Assembly: GCA_965202585.1 (NCBI GenBank)
Contig: OZ241831.1
Span: forward strand, 37,014,001 to 37,078,000
Reading direction: 5' to 3'
From: Thalia democratica
Taxonomy: Eukaryota
Length of the DNA: 64,000 nt
A program made the position numbers and the translations under genes. The notes under the pieces were generated by a model. The model searched no databases, had not been told where the DNA came from, and was given only the letters and a program-made list of their open reading frames with translations. Positions 25,960 to 40,069 of this stretch are shown one piece after another; the first letter of the stretch is position 1; the number at the start of each line of letters is the position of its first letter.

Positions 25960-27589
25960 TAAAGTTCATTATTTATTACACTAACACATGTTTCTGTGTG
26001 TTAACAGATTAACAAACTTCAACGGAGCTCTGTAAAAACATAATTAGTGTAAGGGAAGAGTAGAAGCTAAAGAAGCTAAATTAGGTGTATACATGTGTCT
26101 ATTAAAAATAAAAATAGTTTCTATATTTTTTTTTGGTAAATAGTTAATAATAGGTAAAATACGTTATTCTAAATCCGACTTTTATAAAACTATATAACAT
26201 TTGTAACTATTCAGTATAAAGTAAATAAATTAAAATAAATAAAAGGTAAAATTACAAATCATAATATAAACTACTTACATGAAATTAAGGAATATGACAT
26301 AATTATTAGATATTTTTATTAATGACTAGTAACCAGCAAATATTTAGAATTAGTAATTTCTTAACTTCATGTAAGTAGATTAAATTAAGATTTGTTTATT
26401 AATTTTGTATTTTTACTTTAATTTATTCAATTTAGGATTAGAATTTACATATATTATATAGTTGTATAATAGTCGAATTTACATAACTTGTTTTACCGAT
26501 AATTAACCATAAGAGTTATCTTTCCCATTAACAACCCAGTTGAAGTGTGTTAGTTCGTTGACACACAGAAACATATGTTGATAGAATAAAGGAAGATTAC
26601 TGTATAATTTGATTTTATAAGATCAATTATACAAATTTAGATCTTTTTATTTCACATGATAAATCTATAACAATAAAATCAAGGTTTAACTAAAACTTTA
26701 TCTCTTGTTTCAAATTTTAACTAAACAAATTTATTTTGTTTTTCTCTTATTTTAAAAACCAGTAAATACGTTAAGGATTAGAAAATAAGTTTTTACTTTA
26801 TTTCAATTTAGAAGTGAAAATATTTTCAGAATGAGTATTTTATAAAAAAAAATTATTACACTTGCCCGTGTACTTTTAAAGCGTTTAGTTAGAACTTAAA
26901 AAAATTAGACTTTAGTATTTTTTATTAAAAAAATTTATCATGTTTATATTAAAACATGGTAAGTAAGCAGATCCATCCTATTAAATGAAATCTAATAGCA
27001 GACTGCCAACTAGTTTACAAATATGTACTGCTTTGTTATGTATCAAGTAGGAGAAAACAAGTAGTCGAAAAATGGTGTCAACGAGAAAAAAAATCTTCAA
27101 GATGTGTTGCTACTTAAACAGTTTTTAAAGAAGTGACAGTTTTAGTGTAAAGGTATTCCTCTGAAAAACTTTGTTGTGGTTTAAATATGAGCTAGAGAAA
27201 CTAGTAGAGCATCACAATTCACTAAGAAAAGTTTATAAGGGCAAAGGGGTAGATATAAAATCCATAATTATAGGGTTAAGATGTGCTAAAAGATTAAAAA
27301 AATTATTTTCTATTTCAAAAAGATTAATCATCGTAAAAGCCGTTTTGCTGTATCTTAAAAGTATAAAAAAAAGAAGAACTAGTTTTAGCTTTTTTCCAAA
27401 CATCTAAAGAATGAAAAAAACCCGAGGAAAAAAAGTTAAAACATTCGTGCTCATCAGTGATGAAAAGTCAAGAATGTTCTGATATGCCCTAAGAAGTTAA
27501 TGCAATTTAGATTTAACTATTACATCATTAGCTGAGCTTTCCAAAAAACAATTGCACAAGTGTGTTTTCCAAAAACTTACATATTTTTA

Positions 27590-28120
27590 CCTGCTGAATT
27601 ACTTAAAGACGAGAGGTTAGTTACAGCTGTAAAGTGAGCTAATACCACTCCTGCAGAATTATCTACAACTATTTTTTTATTTTAGTGTATATTGATGGTG
27701 AATATATAGATTTTGTTAGTTTAAGCTATGCATGTATTTAGAACTATTATGAAATTATAGGTAAAGAAATTTCTTCCACTACTAAGTAAAACTTGACTGC
27801 TCTAAAAACCCTTTGGTGCGTTAGAACGGTAAAATTAACCTAAAATTGTATAGCACTTAAACGAAAAAATGTATGTATGTTTCTATCTGAGAAAAATACA
27901 GCTTCTTTAAATTTCTTCACGAAAAAAACTTTATAAAATTATAATAACAAAAGTGTTTGTAAGGAATTGATGAATTCTATGTAAATGTTCTTCGTGATAT
28001 AGTTTCTGACAACACGGCAAGCAATACAATGTACGAAACATGTGTTTGTCTGACATTCCGAAACACTTTGTTAAGCCTACAACTTTGCTAGCATGTAGGC
28101 ATCATGTACTAAATCTATAA
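27590..28120 (+). mobile_element. Decayed DNA-transposon transposase, probably hAT superfamily
   Basis: Fragments SDNTASNT (about 28004) and LLACRHHVLNL (28085-28117) resemble the D-T-A-S-N-T and CxxH regions of hAT-type transposases. Heavily disrupted. Confidence 0.5.
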
Positions 28121-28347
28121 GTACAACGACCGTTTCTTACGCGTTGAAAATAGAAAGTTGCTTAAATAAGAAGAGTTATTTAATATATTTTTGTTGTCAT
28201 ATAAAAAAGCTCCTCTTCAAGTATAATAAGTTCTAAAACACTTCATAGTCATACTATATGTTTTGATTTTTCGAAAACTAATAAAAAGTTTTCAACTTCT
28301 ATATAATAAACTATATACATTAAATTCTTCTAAGATATTTTAAAGCA

Positions 28348-28376
28348 GACTCAGTTTCGGTCAAAGACCTCTTTAG
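28348..28376 (-). ncRNA. Probably inactive hammerhead copy (G5A core change) in the left arm of an inverted repeat
   Basis: Minus strand reads CUAAAGA-GGUC-UUU-GACC-GAAAC-UGA-GUC. Confidence 0.65.
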
Positions 28377-28446
28377 TGACTATTTAAAAAGATCCTATTC
28401 AAATGGATAGTATTTATAGTTCTATTTGAACAAGATTTTTCAAATT

Positions 28447-28483
28447 AGCACTGAAGAGGTCTTTGACCGAAATTGAGTCTGCT
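28447..28483 (+). ncRNA. Minimal type I hammerhead ribozyme, second family
   Basis: AGCA-CUGAAGA (28451)-GGUC-UUU-GACC-GAAA-UUGA-GUC-UGCU. Stem I AGCA/UGCU, 4-bp stem II, minimal stem III. Confidence 0.75.
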
Positions 28484-31400
28484 TTAAAATATCTTGAAAG
28501 AATTTAAAAAACAGTTCAAAGTCACTAAATTGTAATTTTGTAAATTTTAGTATTGTGTTCGGATGGAAAATCAATTTTCTACTTAACATTTGTACTGTAA
28601 AATATTCAACAATTAGGTCATAATGCTTTTGTTTTTTGAATAACTTTTGTACTATTTTTTAGCAAAGTGCTATTTATTTCAAACTGTAAATGCTGATGAT
28701 TTAAGCATTTAGCTTTATGAAACACATGTTTTGGTTTTTTTACATCTACTTTTCTTAATAAATTGTAAATGTTCTGTGATAATATTAAAGGCTTTATCAA
28801 AACTTTATATTTTATTTTATAACTTAAAAATCGAAAATGTTTTAAAAGAAAAAAATTATGTAATACATATAAACTTATTTTTTAAAGTTATAACGAATGA
28901 TTCAAAATATAATACTACTAACCATAACTAAACAAATAGAATGAATAAATTTAAAGCAAATTACATAGTCATTATTTAGATAACACATATAAATAAAATT
29001 ATTAATGAATTTTAAAATGATTTTCTTTGCAAACGATTAATAATAGTTATTCGTTAATATCTTAACACTTTTTTACAATTTCAATATATTTTGTTTAAAT
29101 GATTACGATAATTTAATTTGAAATATCTTCTTAAAATAAAATCGATAAAACAAGTATAATCAACAAAGATCTACATGATTGGTTTTAGCGGATTTATCTA
29201 GCGATAACTTTATTTGAATTTTAGTCTTCGATCGGAAAAAATATACAGTTTTGAATCAAAGAAAATTATCGAGTGAATTAAAAAAATATAAAATAGATAA
29301 TGTATCTTGGTTTCATAAAAATAATAAAAACTAGATTTATACGTAAAAATTACAAGCTCAGTGTTAAGAAATTATCAATTGGGGATTTCATTTAAATATA
29401 TTTTGTTTACTATAGAAGAATGAGTATACTTTAAAGTTTTAAATTTAAAACTATTTCATTTGTTTAAATCAAATCTAGTAAAGTTAAAAATATTAAGCTG
29501 TTTAAAAATTCTAATTCTGTTTCAAACGTTTAAGGATGCTTAATATATATTTTTATGATAGAAATAAACAAGCTATCGTTTTAAATTTTTTAATAAGTTT
29601 TATTAACATTTGAAAAAACTTGAAATTAGAAAGTTTTAAAACTATTTTATATCAGAACAAGGTTATTTGTAGAAAATAACAGTTATTTAAAAAACGTTAA
29701 ATATGATAAAAGTTAATATAAAATAGCTACTTAAAAAAACATACATTTACTATAAAATGTAGTTTCATTATTTTGATAATAAGGCTGAGCAAAAAATAAA
29801 ACAAAAAAAATATTTTATAATATATTAATTTTAACCATAATTAACTTAACGTTATTTTGTTTGAAAAAGTTTCGTTATATGCTTTTATATTGTCAAATAT
29901 ACTTGAACTCAATTGTTCTCATAAAAAAAAATTAACAATAAGTTGGCACACAATCTACTCAGATTTTAAATACTTACAAATTTATATTTGTTTTTATTTA
30001 GTATTTTTGTTTAGTAAAAGCAGTTAAAAAAAAATTGGTCATTAGCAAGACTTAACTTGCAGAACTGTAGTCAACCTATACTCTACAAAAAGCGTTGTTC
30101 AACTATAAATTATTTGTTTAGTTAAGCAAAAAAAAATCAAATTTACTGTCCACAAGTCCAACCGTCTAAAAAAGCTTTTGACACCCAACGTAGATTTGAG
30201 CATAACCAATTTGTGCAAAATATTAAAATTTAACTGTTTTTAAATTGTTTTAAACATCTGAATAAGAAGTTAATTTCGAATTTTCTGCACAGTAGTGTTC
30301 GTTAAATAGCAATTTAAACGCAGCGTTATGTTTAAGAATAAAAAAAAATTGTAGAATGATTTTTTAAGATTTGCAGCCCGCCAAAAGTTAGTTATTGGTA
30401 TATTTGGCGTTTCTCTTAAACTTGACCACTAAATAAAATAGTTTTACATTCTTTTTATAGCTACTTTAAACATTTATTTATTTTTTGTCGACTAATAAAA
30501 TATTTAACAGTAAATACAATCAAACTTAACTTTTCAGTTATTATTTCAATTATTTTATTGTATTTGGATTTACTTTTATTAATACAAATTTATAACAGTT
30601 TTCAAGTTATAAACTCAGGATAAATATTGAAAAATGAACAAAAATGAGTTTGGAATATGGGACCATACACAAAAATTAATTTTCTAAGTAAATATAAGAT
30701 TACAACTCTAAAAAACTTTAATGTGTAAAAAAATTCTGTAACTTTTAGAAGTTGTTTAGGTTGAAAATATTACCAAAATAACTTATTAAACTCAATTGAA
30801 AAAAAATTGACCAACTAAGGATCAGTGGCAAATGATTCGGCTCTTCTAGCAAAAGTGTTTAGACAAACTATTGTAGTTAAAACTTTAATGCGATACTAGT
30901 TGTAAAATTTTTCGATAACATATTTTTCGATAAATGCTTAAAGTAGTATTTTAACATTTTTTTTTCAAACGTTATGTAATGATTTTTTCAATAAAGTAAA
31001 AAAATTAATAGTTCTACTTCTTGAAATGTATTCCATTAAACAATACTACAATACAACTTAAATGAATTTTAACCAATTCAATTGAACTAGTCATTTAATA
31101 AGTAGTTCTAATTAGATAAACTTACTTAGCTGTAGGTTATTTTCTAGAAAATGTTCTACAACAAGTTTTTTTCTATACAGTAACAAAGAAGTTAAATAAA
31201 TATAATAGTTAAGAAGTAAAACAGACTTTAAAGTTTAATTTAGTTTCATATAGTTAACTATAAACTTTAAATATAGGAAAAGATAAGAGATGTTTAGGTT
31301 TTAGAATTCATATATTAAAAATAAACCGCTTGTTTCCAATAATAAATTTTTAAAGTGTTTTGTGACATTTGAATTAAAGAACAAACAAGTTAAACAGTTT

Positions 31401-31944
31401 TAATAAACTTTCAGTAGTATATTTTGCCAGAAAACAACTAAAGAATTAAAAAATCAAAATGATAACATATTTTATCAAAAAAAAAAAGAAAAAATGAATT
31501 GAAAAGTTATTATTCTTTACTATTTTAAGACTACTGAACATAAAAGAATGTACCTAACTTATATAAAATGTTGAAAAGCAATTGTTAATATGGAAATACA
31601 AACATATAATTCATGAATTTAGTTCTGTTAAGGTAATTTAGAAGTTAAAATCTATAATAGTTTAAATTAAAAACTATTTGTCATTTTAAATATTTAAAAA
31701 TGTTCTTGCTATTCATCTATGTTTTGCTTGATCAAAGGATAAAAAGTATCTTTACAACAGCTGCATTTTGACTCTTCAATACCTAATAATAAACATAATT
31801 AAGATTAGATTTAAATTAATATGTTTTATTTTAATTTAACTCGATTTTTTTTTACTTTATTGATAAGTTTTAGTAGAAAATTATCTTAGTTTAATATTGT
31901 GAGCTTTTTATTACAACTATACACTTTTCATTAGTAAGTGATTT

Positions 31945-34900
31945 TCAAAACCAACCTTGCTGAGCGATCTGACTTCCATAAAAGTTATTCGCAGATACCA
32001 TTGAGCTGTATGGATATACCGATGAGTGATTACTTCTTGATGTAGAAGAAGATAAATCTAAAACTCCTGGTTGAACTACAGAGTAAGGTTGTTGTTGATA
32101 ACCCGAAACATACTGCTGAATTTGTTGATTGTAGCTGCTAGGTGGCGCGTAAGAGGCCTGTTGGTAATTTTGGAACGACTGAGGATCGTAAACTGATGAG
32201 TTATTATATTGAGGATTGTAAACTTGGGGATTGTAAACTTGTGGGTTGTGGAAAGCCGATGGCTGAACAGGAGTAAAAGCCGATGGTGCTTGTGTATCCA
32301 TATTCTGTTTATAAAAACAAAAAGTATAACAAAATTTTATATATTTAAAGGTAAATTTATTTGAAACAATGTCTAATTTCTTAAATTTTTTTATAGACAA
32401 ATTTTTCGCTTGATTAAACTTATTTTTTCTACATCTCAACATAAAAAACAGTAGTAAAACAAGACAAAAAACCAATTCAAAGTTTTTTTTTATCTGTTAA
32501 CTATAAGCTAAATTAATAAATTACTGTAAAGCACTTTATAGTATGAAACCATTATTAACATTTTCATTATTAATATTAACATATTTTCTTTATTCTTTAA
32601 CCTTAAGTAAAATACTAGTTTTAAAAAATTTTAGATAGGAAATATATTTGATATCTTTTTTAAATTATTGCTTTAAAAACAGGACGAAAAATTCTAAATA
32701 TTTGTTTTTCAAGAATAATCAAAATTAGTTAAAACTTCTTATTCAAAGTAAGTATAGTTTAAAAACTAGTTGACTATTTTGAAAACAAAACTTGTAAATT
32801 TACTTAAACAAATAAAAAATTCACTTAAGTTTCTAAACTGAGTCAGGCTGTATTAGCTTATTTTAAAGTGTGTTTTAAATTAAAAATTATTTATAAAAAC
32901 ATTTCTAACTTGTGCTGTAAACCCATAAGAAGCTGTTTTCGATTTATCTTCAACTTTCGGAGCAAAATATGTGTTATTCCGTTGCTGATTGTAACTGGTA
33001 ATTGGGCTGCTATATTCTTTTGACAAGAAAATTTTTAATAATGTAAATAATTTTTTAAGAGTGTATATATTTTTGCAAATAGAAATTACTAGTTTAGTTA
33101 GTTTTAGAAAATGAAGATTTTTTGATTAACATAGACAAAGTTTATTGAATAACTAAAAATTACAGCGACAACAAAGTTTTAATATGTACAATTGTAAATA
33201 ATATTTTTTAATCAATTTTTACAAGATATTAAACTTATTTTAAACACTTAATTATAGGTAGCATACTTGACCTTTTATGTTTTAACTTCTTAGTTTTAAA
33301 GTATTTTAACACATGTTACTCTAATTTAAAATAAGCTTCAACTAATGTCTGAATAAACTATGAAACATTTTTGTTTATTTACACTAAACTAAAACTAAAT
33401 TGTTATTTTTAAAACCGTGTATTAATTATTACTGAAGTCAAAAATTAACAACTTTTCTAATTTGATTTTAGAAATTTCTATCAATCATGTTGATTTAAGT
33501 TATTAATCGTTATAAAAAATAATTATAGTTCTATTGACAGTCGTTTATATTGATTAAGGAGATTGAATTTAAATATTAAATAAGTTTAGCTGTAATTTAT
33601 AAAGGTTTTCTATAAAATACGTTTAATCTTTGCTTCTTTTAAACAAACTTATGGCATTTGTGATACATTTAATTCTTACTAAAACTTAAGTAAAACTTAA
33701 ATTGAAAGTAGGAACTATAAAAGATTTAGTACATTATATATGAAATCAATATAATGAACTAACTATATTACAACAAGTACAAAAGACTAACTGCTTTTTG
33801 GTCGTAAAATTTTAGGTAAGGTATGACTGTAAGACTGTGGTTGATCTAAAGTTGACATGGTAGCTGAAAAGTTAGGATAAGAATTTGCATCCGGAGTCAT
33901 TACTTGACCTGACATCTGAAAAGATTGCCTTCCTGAAAAGTTAGTTAAAGCCTGGTCTTGTAAATCCAGACTACTCAAAGTTGCAGGGTTTGAACTAAGT
34001 TGGGAAGAAGGATTTATTTGATCAAATTCATCTATATTGTCAGAATCACTTAAGAGAGAACTATTTCTTTTTTGGTAGTCTTTGTATAAAGGATTATTTG
34101 GGTTTAGTACGTTGCCTACTTTTTCACGCAAAATCCTGCTAACAGAAGAAACAGAGGGGACGTTGTGTAGATCACAAACTCCATCGGTGAGCAACCGGTC
34201 CCTAATTTCCCTCGCGAATATTGCAGGGTCTTCGACTTTGTAATCTGTTATCTTCTGTACGACTACAGGGGTCGTTTTTCTCGGCTTGCTGCCCCCAACT
34301 GTACCTGGAGCTATACTTCCAGTTTCGTTGAACCTTGATAATATCTTGCTGACGCAACCGTGGGACACCTTCAGTTTTCGACTGATATTGCAGGGCTGCA
34401 CGCCTTGTTTGTAGAGATCAACTATTTTCTCCCGAGTGTCGTGCGGTAGCGGACGGCCGTTGTAGAAAAGTCCCCCTAATTGATTCATTTCTGCATAGCC
34501 ATCAACTGTAAAAGAAGTTTACTAAATTTAAAGAATAAAGCATGAGTTACAGCGACTGAATATTAATTTCGATAATAGTAATGATTGCTAATAAATAATT
34601 TAATACAGTTCTATATCAATTTTTTAACAAAGCTGTGTTTGGTCTTAACCGCTTAAAAACCATTTATACTCAAGCATCTTTATAAATCATGTATATAGAT
34701 AAATTACTTTTTACATGAAAAACTTTAATCTTTTTCTCAAATGTAGCTTGAAACTTTCTATTGTTTCAAACTGACAATTGAATTGACAGCTGCATGTAGT
34801 TTAAACTACTAGAATTTTTATTAACTCGATACTTTTCACCTGTGAAAAATTCAACACTTTTTTTACAGCTTTTACAATGAAATCAACCGAAACGAAATAA

Positions 34901-35794
34901 ATCACCACTAAGTCATAGTGAAAACCTTATTGAATGATTTTTTAATTATTTATCTTTAAATTCTTTATTTTTATTAACTATCATGGACATAAAGGTTTTA
35001 TGAATTTATACAAGTGTTTGGTACTTCCAGTAAAAGTCTGACAATGGTTAAAAATAAAAAATATAACATGGCCAATACAATTTTTATGAAATTTTGATTT
35101 TAACTTTGAGTAATAAATATCTAAATAAGTAATATTAAAAATAAAATTCTACTATTAATCTGTTTTAATAATTTTGCTTGAAAAATATAATTTAAGGCAA
35201 CACTTATTCGTCTTTTAGTATTTAAAACAATCTTTTTAAATATGCTAATAAAGCATTCCCACTTTTAAATTTTAAGAATATAATTTATCTAATTTTATTG
35301 ACTTGGATTGAAAATTTATATTAAAGGCTAACTCAATTTTGAATAAAAAAGATGCAGTAATAATTTAGATAATCTATCTTTTTTTAAAGTTCTGCATTAA
35401 TCTTGTAAACTTTCTCAGAAAAAGTATCAATAATACCTTGTGAAGAAAAGGTTTTGTTACAATCTATAGCTTCTTAAAGAGCTATTTTTTTATTTTGTTA
35501 TTAAATTTAATTATTTTGTTATTGAATCTCTACTTACTTCTATAAGTTTATTTCGACGAATTAAAATAATTGAAAACTTAGTATTTAAATTTAGTTATTT
35601 TAGAGTTTACTATAAAAATAAAAAAATAAACACAAATTTATGCTTTTATCAATAATTTTAATTAACAACAATTTTTTAGATATTAATGACTTACTCTGAA
35701 TAAATAATTAAAGGTTTTTTTACTGTATATATACATATGGTAATTTATATTTATTTATACCTTTACCTCTTGTTACTGTGTTCCCCGTATTCAT
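31945..35794 (-). CDS. Paired-box (Pax) transcription factor, full paired domain, no homeodomain seen; about 402 aa (array copy 1)
   Basis: Exons complement(35767-35794, 33792-34505, 32910-33016, 31945-32304), all GT-AG with phases 1,1,0, total 1209 nt open. Reads [30 protein letters not shown]...[13 protein letters not shown]...GGSKPR...EIRDRLL..GVC...[12 protein letters not shown], followed by a Q/P/S/Y-rich tail with PGVLDLS. Confidence 0.88.
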
Positions 35795-36669
35795 TTTCTA
35801 CTTTGATATTCTGGATAACATTTATGACTAAAAACAGTTTTTTAAAGAATATGTTCCTAGTTTGTGAATGACTAAAATAATACTGTTTGTAATTTAATAA
35901 TAAAATCAAAATACAAAAGAAGTAATTACGAAATGAATTGTAGATCTGCTTTTCAATTTCGTTGTTAGAATACATCTGTTAATAATACTTTAAAACTAAA
36001 AAAAATGAGAAAAGCTTGGTTTAGACCTAAATAAATTTTAAGCTCATTTTTGTAACTAATTTAGCCTATTGTAAAAGCTTTTATATAGTGTGTTGCAAAC
36101 TGTTAAATTCAAAAAATAGTACATATAAAAAGCTTAAAAATTTAATTCTCTACTGTTTAAGTTCAAATTAAATTTCACTGTGCTTAACTCTAATACAAAA
36201 GTTATATAAAAACAAAATTATTATTTTAGATGTTAAACATTTGCAATGAAATTTTCTTTACAAAATTTCTTAGTTATGTCACGATGATTTTTCTGTAACT
36301 TTTGTTTTAATAATAATCACAGTGCAGCTCAATAAGAGATTTAACAGCTGAATATTAAAGCATTTAGCTTTATGAAGCATATGTATTAATTTTTTTTTGA
36401 ATTCAACAGTTTAATGGACAAAAGTCAGAATTTTCGATGCAACAGTAGAGATTAACATTAGTAATACAAAAACAATAACTAGTGTTCGGTTATTTTACTG
36501 TAGTTTCTACGCATTAAATACTTCATCAGAACAATAATAAAGTTAACAACAATTTGTTTTTTAGAATCACAACACACTTTAAGAGGAATATTAAATTTAT
36601 TATAGCTGCATATAAACACTCAAAACAAAAATTTTTAAGACAATAACAAAAAATTAAACTACATAAACC

Positions 36670-37060
36670 TTCGAGAAAACGTGCCACTGCAGGAAAGAAA
36701 ATGTTCTTTAGACAACAACTGCAAACAATATAATTTACCGAGCTACAGAAAATAAAAACAACATAAAAAAAATTTACGTGAGGTCAACCAGCACAATATT
36801 GAAAAATAGTTACAGTAACCATAAGGCAAGCTTTATTATTTAATTAAAAAGACATACAAGTGATATATCAAACTCAATTTGGGAACTAAAGGCACAGACA
36901 AAGATAACAGTTTAAATGGAAAATACTCAGCAGAACTTAAAGAAAACCACAAGTAACAAAACATGTAATTTATGTAGCCTAAAAAAGTACAAAAACAAAA
37001 ATTTGAAAAACGTAATCGTTAAATAAAAGGAAAGAAAGCAACCCTATCTCCACATAAAAA
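36670..37060 (+). mobile_element. Degenerate PLE GIY-YIG endonuclease remnant (Cys-rich type)
   Basis: Fragments CHCRKEN, IIYRAT, NHKASF, IWELK, LKWKIL and CNLC with many disruptions. Confidence 0.6.
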
Positions 37061-40000
37061 ATAATTATTTTAAAAGAACAAAATAATTTGGTCAAAAAAC
37101 AAAAAAAAAAACTAAAACTAAGAACTAACAAGAAAAAATCTAAGTTAATATGCTTTTAAGATTGTTAACTAAAACTATTCAAGTCAAACAGCTGTAAGGA
37201 GTTTAAGTTGCTTAAAATACCTTTTTATTTATTTGAAAACTTTTAACTTTTACCAAAAAAAATTAGCTCTTTATTTAAAACTTTTCATTTCAAACCATCC
37301 AAAACGGTGGTTGTCAAACGTCGTAATTCAACCCTTTAGTGAGAGATGAGTTGCCGTGCACAAAAAATACATGACGACGTTTAAATGAATCAAAAACAAA
37401 ATTTAAAATGCTAAACAATAAAAATTGCTAAAATTTATTGAAAATAACTTATAACATTGAAAAAGAATATCTTAACAATGGTATTTTTTTAAAAAGGGTT
37501 TTTTTTAATTAACCTATTGGTCATCTTTAAATCAGTTTTTAATAAACTTTTCAATAAACAAAAAAAAACACTTTGTAATAAATAGCTTTGTTGAAATTAG
37601 TTTAACTTTGCGAACTTTTAGTACCGTAACTTCACAAAAATGATAAATTATATACCATTGTTACAAATAAACGGTTTTCAGAATTAAAAGTAGTTTTATA
37701 TTTCTCATTTATTTATTTGTTATATTGTCTACAAATTGTATTTTTATCGACGGAATAAAGATAAAATGCAACTTTATAATACATTAAATTTCAATTTTTT
37801 AGTCTATTACAAGTATTTACTTATGGTTAAACTGCAAGTCTTTTATTGTGTTAATTCAGTTAAAACAACAATGTAATTGTTTTAGTTATACATTAGTAGC
37901 TAAGATTTTAGTAATTTAACCAAAAAAAAAACATTTCTTTTAGTTTCAAGTCTTTTAAAAAAGAAAATAATACTTTTTATTCAATTTTATTTACTAAAAA
38001 CTTAGTAACAGTTTAATATGAATGTTGAACCTTATCTTTTAAAAATTAAAACTAATTTAGTTAACAGCTGCTTTGGGTTTAAATACTTAAAATTTTTTTT
38101 TGAATTTTTTTTTTTTACTTTTAGAAAGTAAAAGACGTATTTGTTCTGTATTGAAAACTTTTGCTTTGAATCATCCAATCGAAGTTTGTGTATTTTTGTT
38201 ATTTAACCCTTTTAACGAGTGATGTATTGCTTCTTTATGTAGACAAAAAAAAACCATTTCACGGTTGAAATGCAGAAATTAAATTCTTTAATAAATCTTT
38301 TTAAATAAAGCATCGAATGTTAATTAAAGTAGCTTTAGTTATGGCAAAATGTTATGTATTGAACTTTTTCGATTACTTTCGTTTATCTCTGACAAATCTA
38401 TTCTTGTTTTAAATAATAGAGTTGTTTGTTAATCTAAAACTCTTTTTATTTGAATTCTAGCAAAACTATAAGGTTAAAACTTTTATAATGTTTAATGTCT
38501 AAAAAACGTTTTATATAAAGCATTTTAAAAAATATTCATACGCGATAATAAACAAATATGTTAAGAAACCTAGTGAAAAACAAAAACTATATACTTTTTT
38601 TTATCATTCAAACAATTAAAGTTGTTATTAATAAAGTCTAAGTAAAGGGTTCCTTGAAACTTTTATTTTTATATATACTACACGTATTTCAGAGCTGTAA
38701 TAAAACAATAACGTACTTATTTTAATACAAATAAAGTAGTTACAGCCTTAAAATGAAAAGAATTAAGCACTAGTTTTGTTTTCCTTTTTAATTATATGTT
38801 TAAAAAAAAGTTTTATCTTTAAAAAAAGATAAAAAGTCCATACCTATTTGGTTTGGTACCATGGACATCATAGTTCGATTCGTAGATGCGAGTTCTATAT
38901 TTTGTCCTTGTGTTGGAAACCGTTGAATTGCTTTTTCGCTTCCTCTTTCGTTTTCCAAATAAAAATTAAATTCAACTTAACTTGGCAGTTTATTCTGTAT
39001 TAAACGGATGTAGTAGCAAATAGTTGTTAAAAATAACGTGGCCCTAGTGAATACAACTAATCTAAATTCAATAGGAGTTTTTAAAAAAATTATGACAAAA
39101 TATGACAAAAGTTTTTTGATAAGGTTTACGACATTTTCATCAAAGTTGAAATTAAAAGTATTGTGTGTATTACTAGTTTATGTATCAAAAGATGATTAGA
39201 AACTAACTTAAATCAAATAACGATCACAAAAAGGTCTGAAATTAAAAATAAATCTTAAATTTAACTATCTTACTATGCTGCTTGATTTTGATGTAACAAA
39301 CATTTCATACTCAATTTTCAAATAGCTTTCTTTTTTTTCTTTTTTTTTTTTTGTTTTTTTCAAAGTTCCCTTTTTCAGTTCTCTCGATATAAGCTATAAG
39401 AAACGAAATAAGCTATGAACCATTAACTAAAATTTTTTTTAGCAATCTACTGGATCCATATCGGAAAAAATTTCCGGAACACGCCGGATCTTTATTTTAT
39501 TGGATAAATTAGATCACTAAAGATAATTTAAAAACATAAGAACAATAGTTATGTTTAATGGAGTTTTGAAGTTTACGCTAAATACTACAAAAAATGTTTG
39601 AAGATTATATCAGATAATACAGTAAAGTTACTGGAGAGATTCCGGAGTTTGAATTAAAGAATAAAATCAATAATTTTAGATGTATTTAAGGCTAATCTTG
39701 AAACATATAACAAATATAGGAAACAATCTAAGAATTTCATTGGTTCCATCTGGTACTTAATTTCAAAATTAGGATCCGGATCTTGTTTTAAAACTTTTAT
39801 CCGGCTTGATTAAGTCCCAGATTTTAGTTTGAAACTAGGATTTGGCCGGATATTTGTTTGATGGATCCGGTATATCACTAATGTTTAAAAATAGTGAGGC
39901 ATTTTTCTCCGAAAATCTACCTTTGTAAAGTTAAAATGCTTAAGTTATTTATGCTTTTCGTATTTTAAAAACGTTTATTGTTGAAATAGTTCAACTACTT

Positions 40001-40069
40001 TAAGTTAACATTACTTAAACTTTTAATTCGATTAGGAGCATCTTTAATATCGGTAGGTGTTATAAATGA

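Noticed and set aside
22856-31900. Short F/L/I/K-rich ORFs (22856, 23342, 24384, 27171, 28618, 28731; likewise 43142, 59232, 61424)
   Set aside because: Composition typical of chance ORFs in AT-rich DNA or decayed TE sequence, with no motifs or splice support.
38844-38871. Alternative 28-nt ATG exon (MMSMVPNQI, phase-1 GTATGG donor) for Pax copy 1
   Set aside because: Phase-compatible but has no counterpart in the paralogs, whereas 35767-35794 is conserved in all copies.
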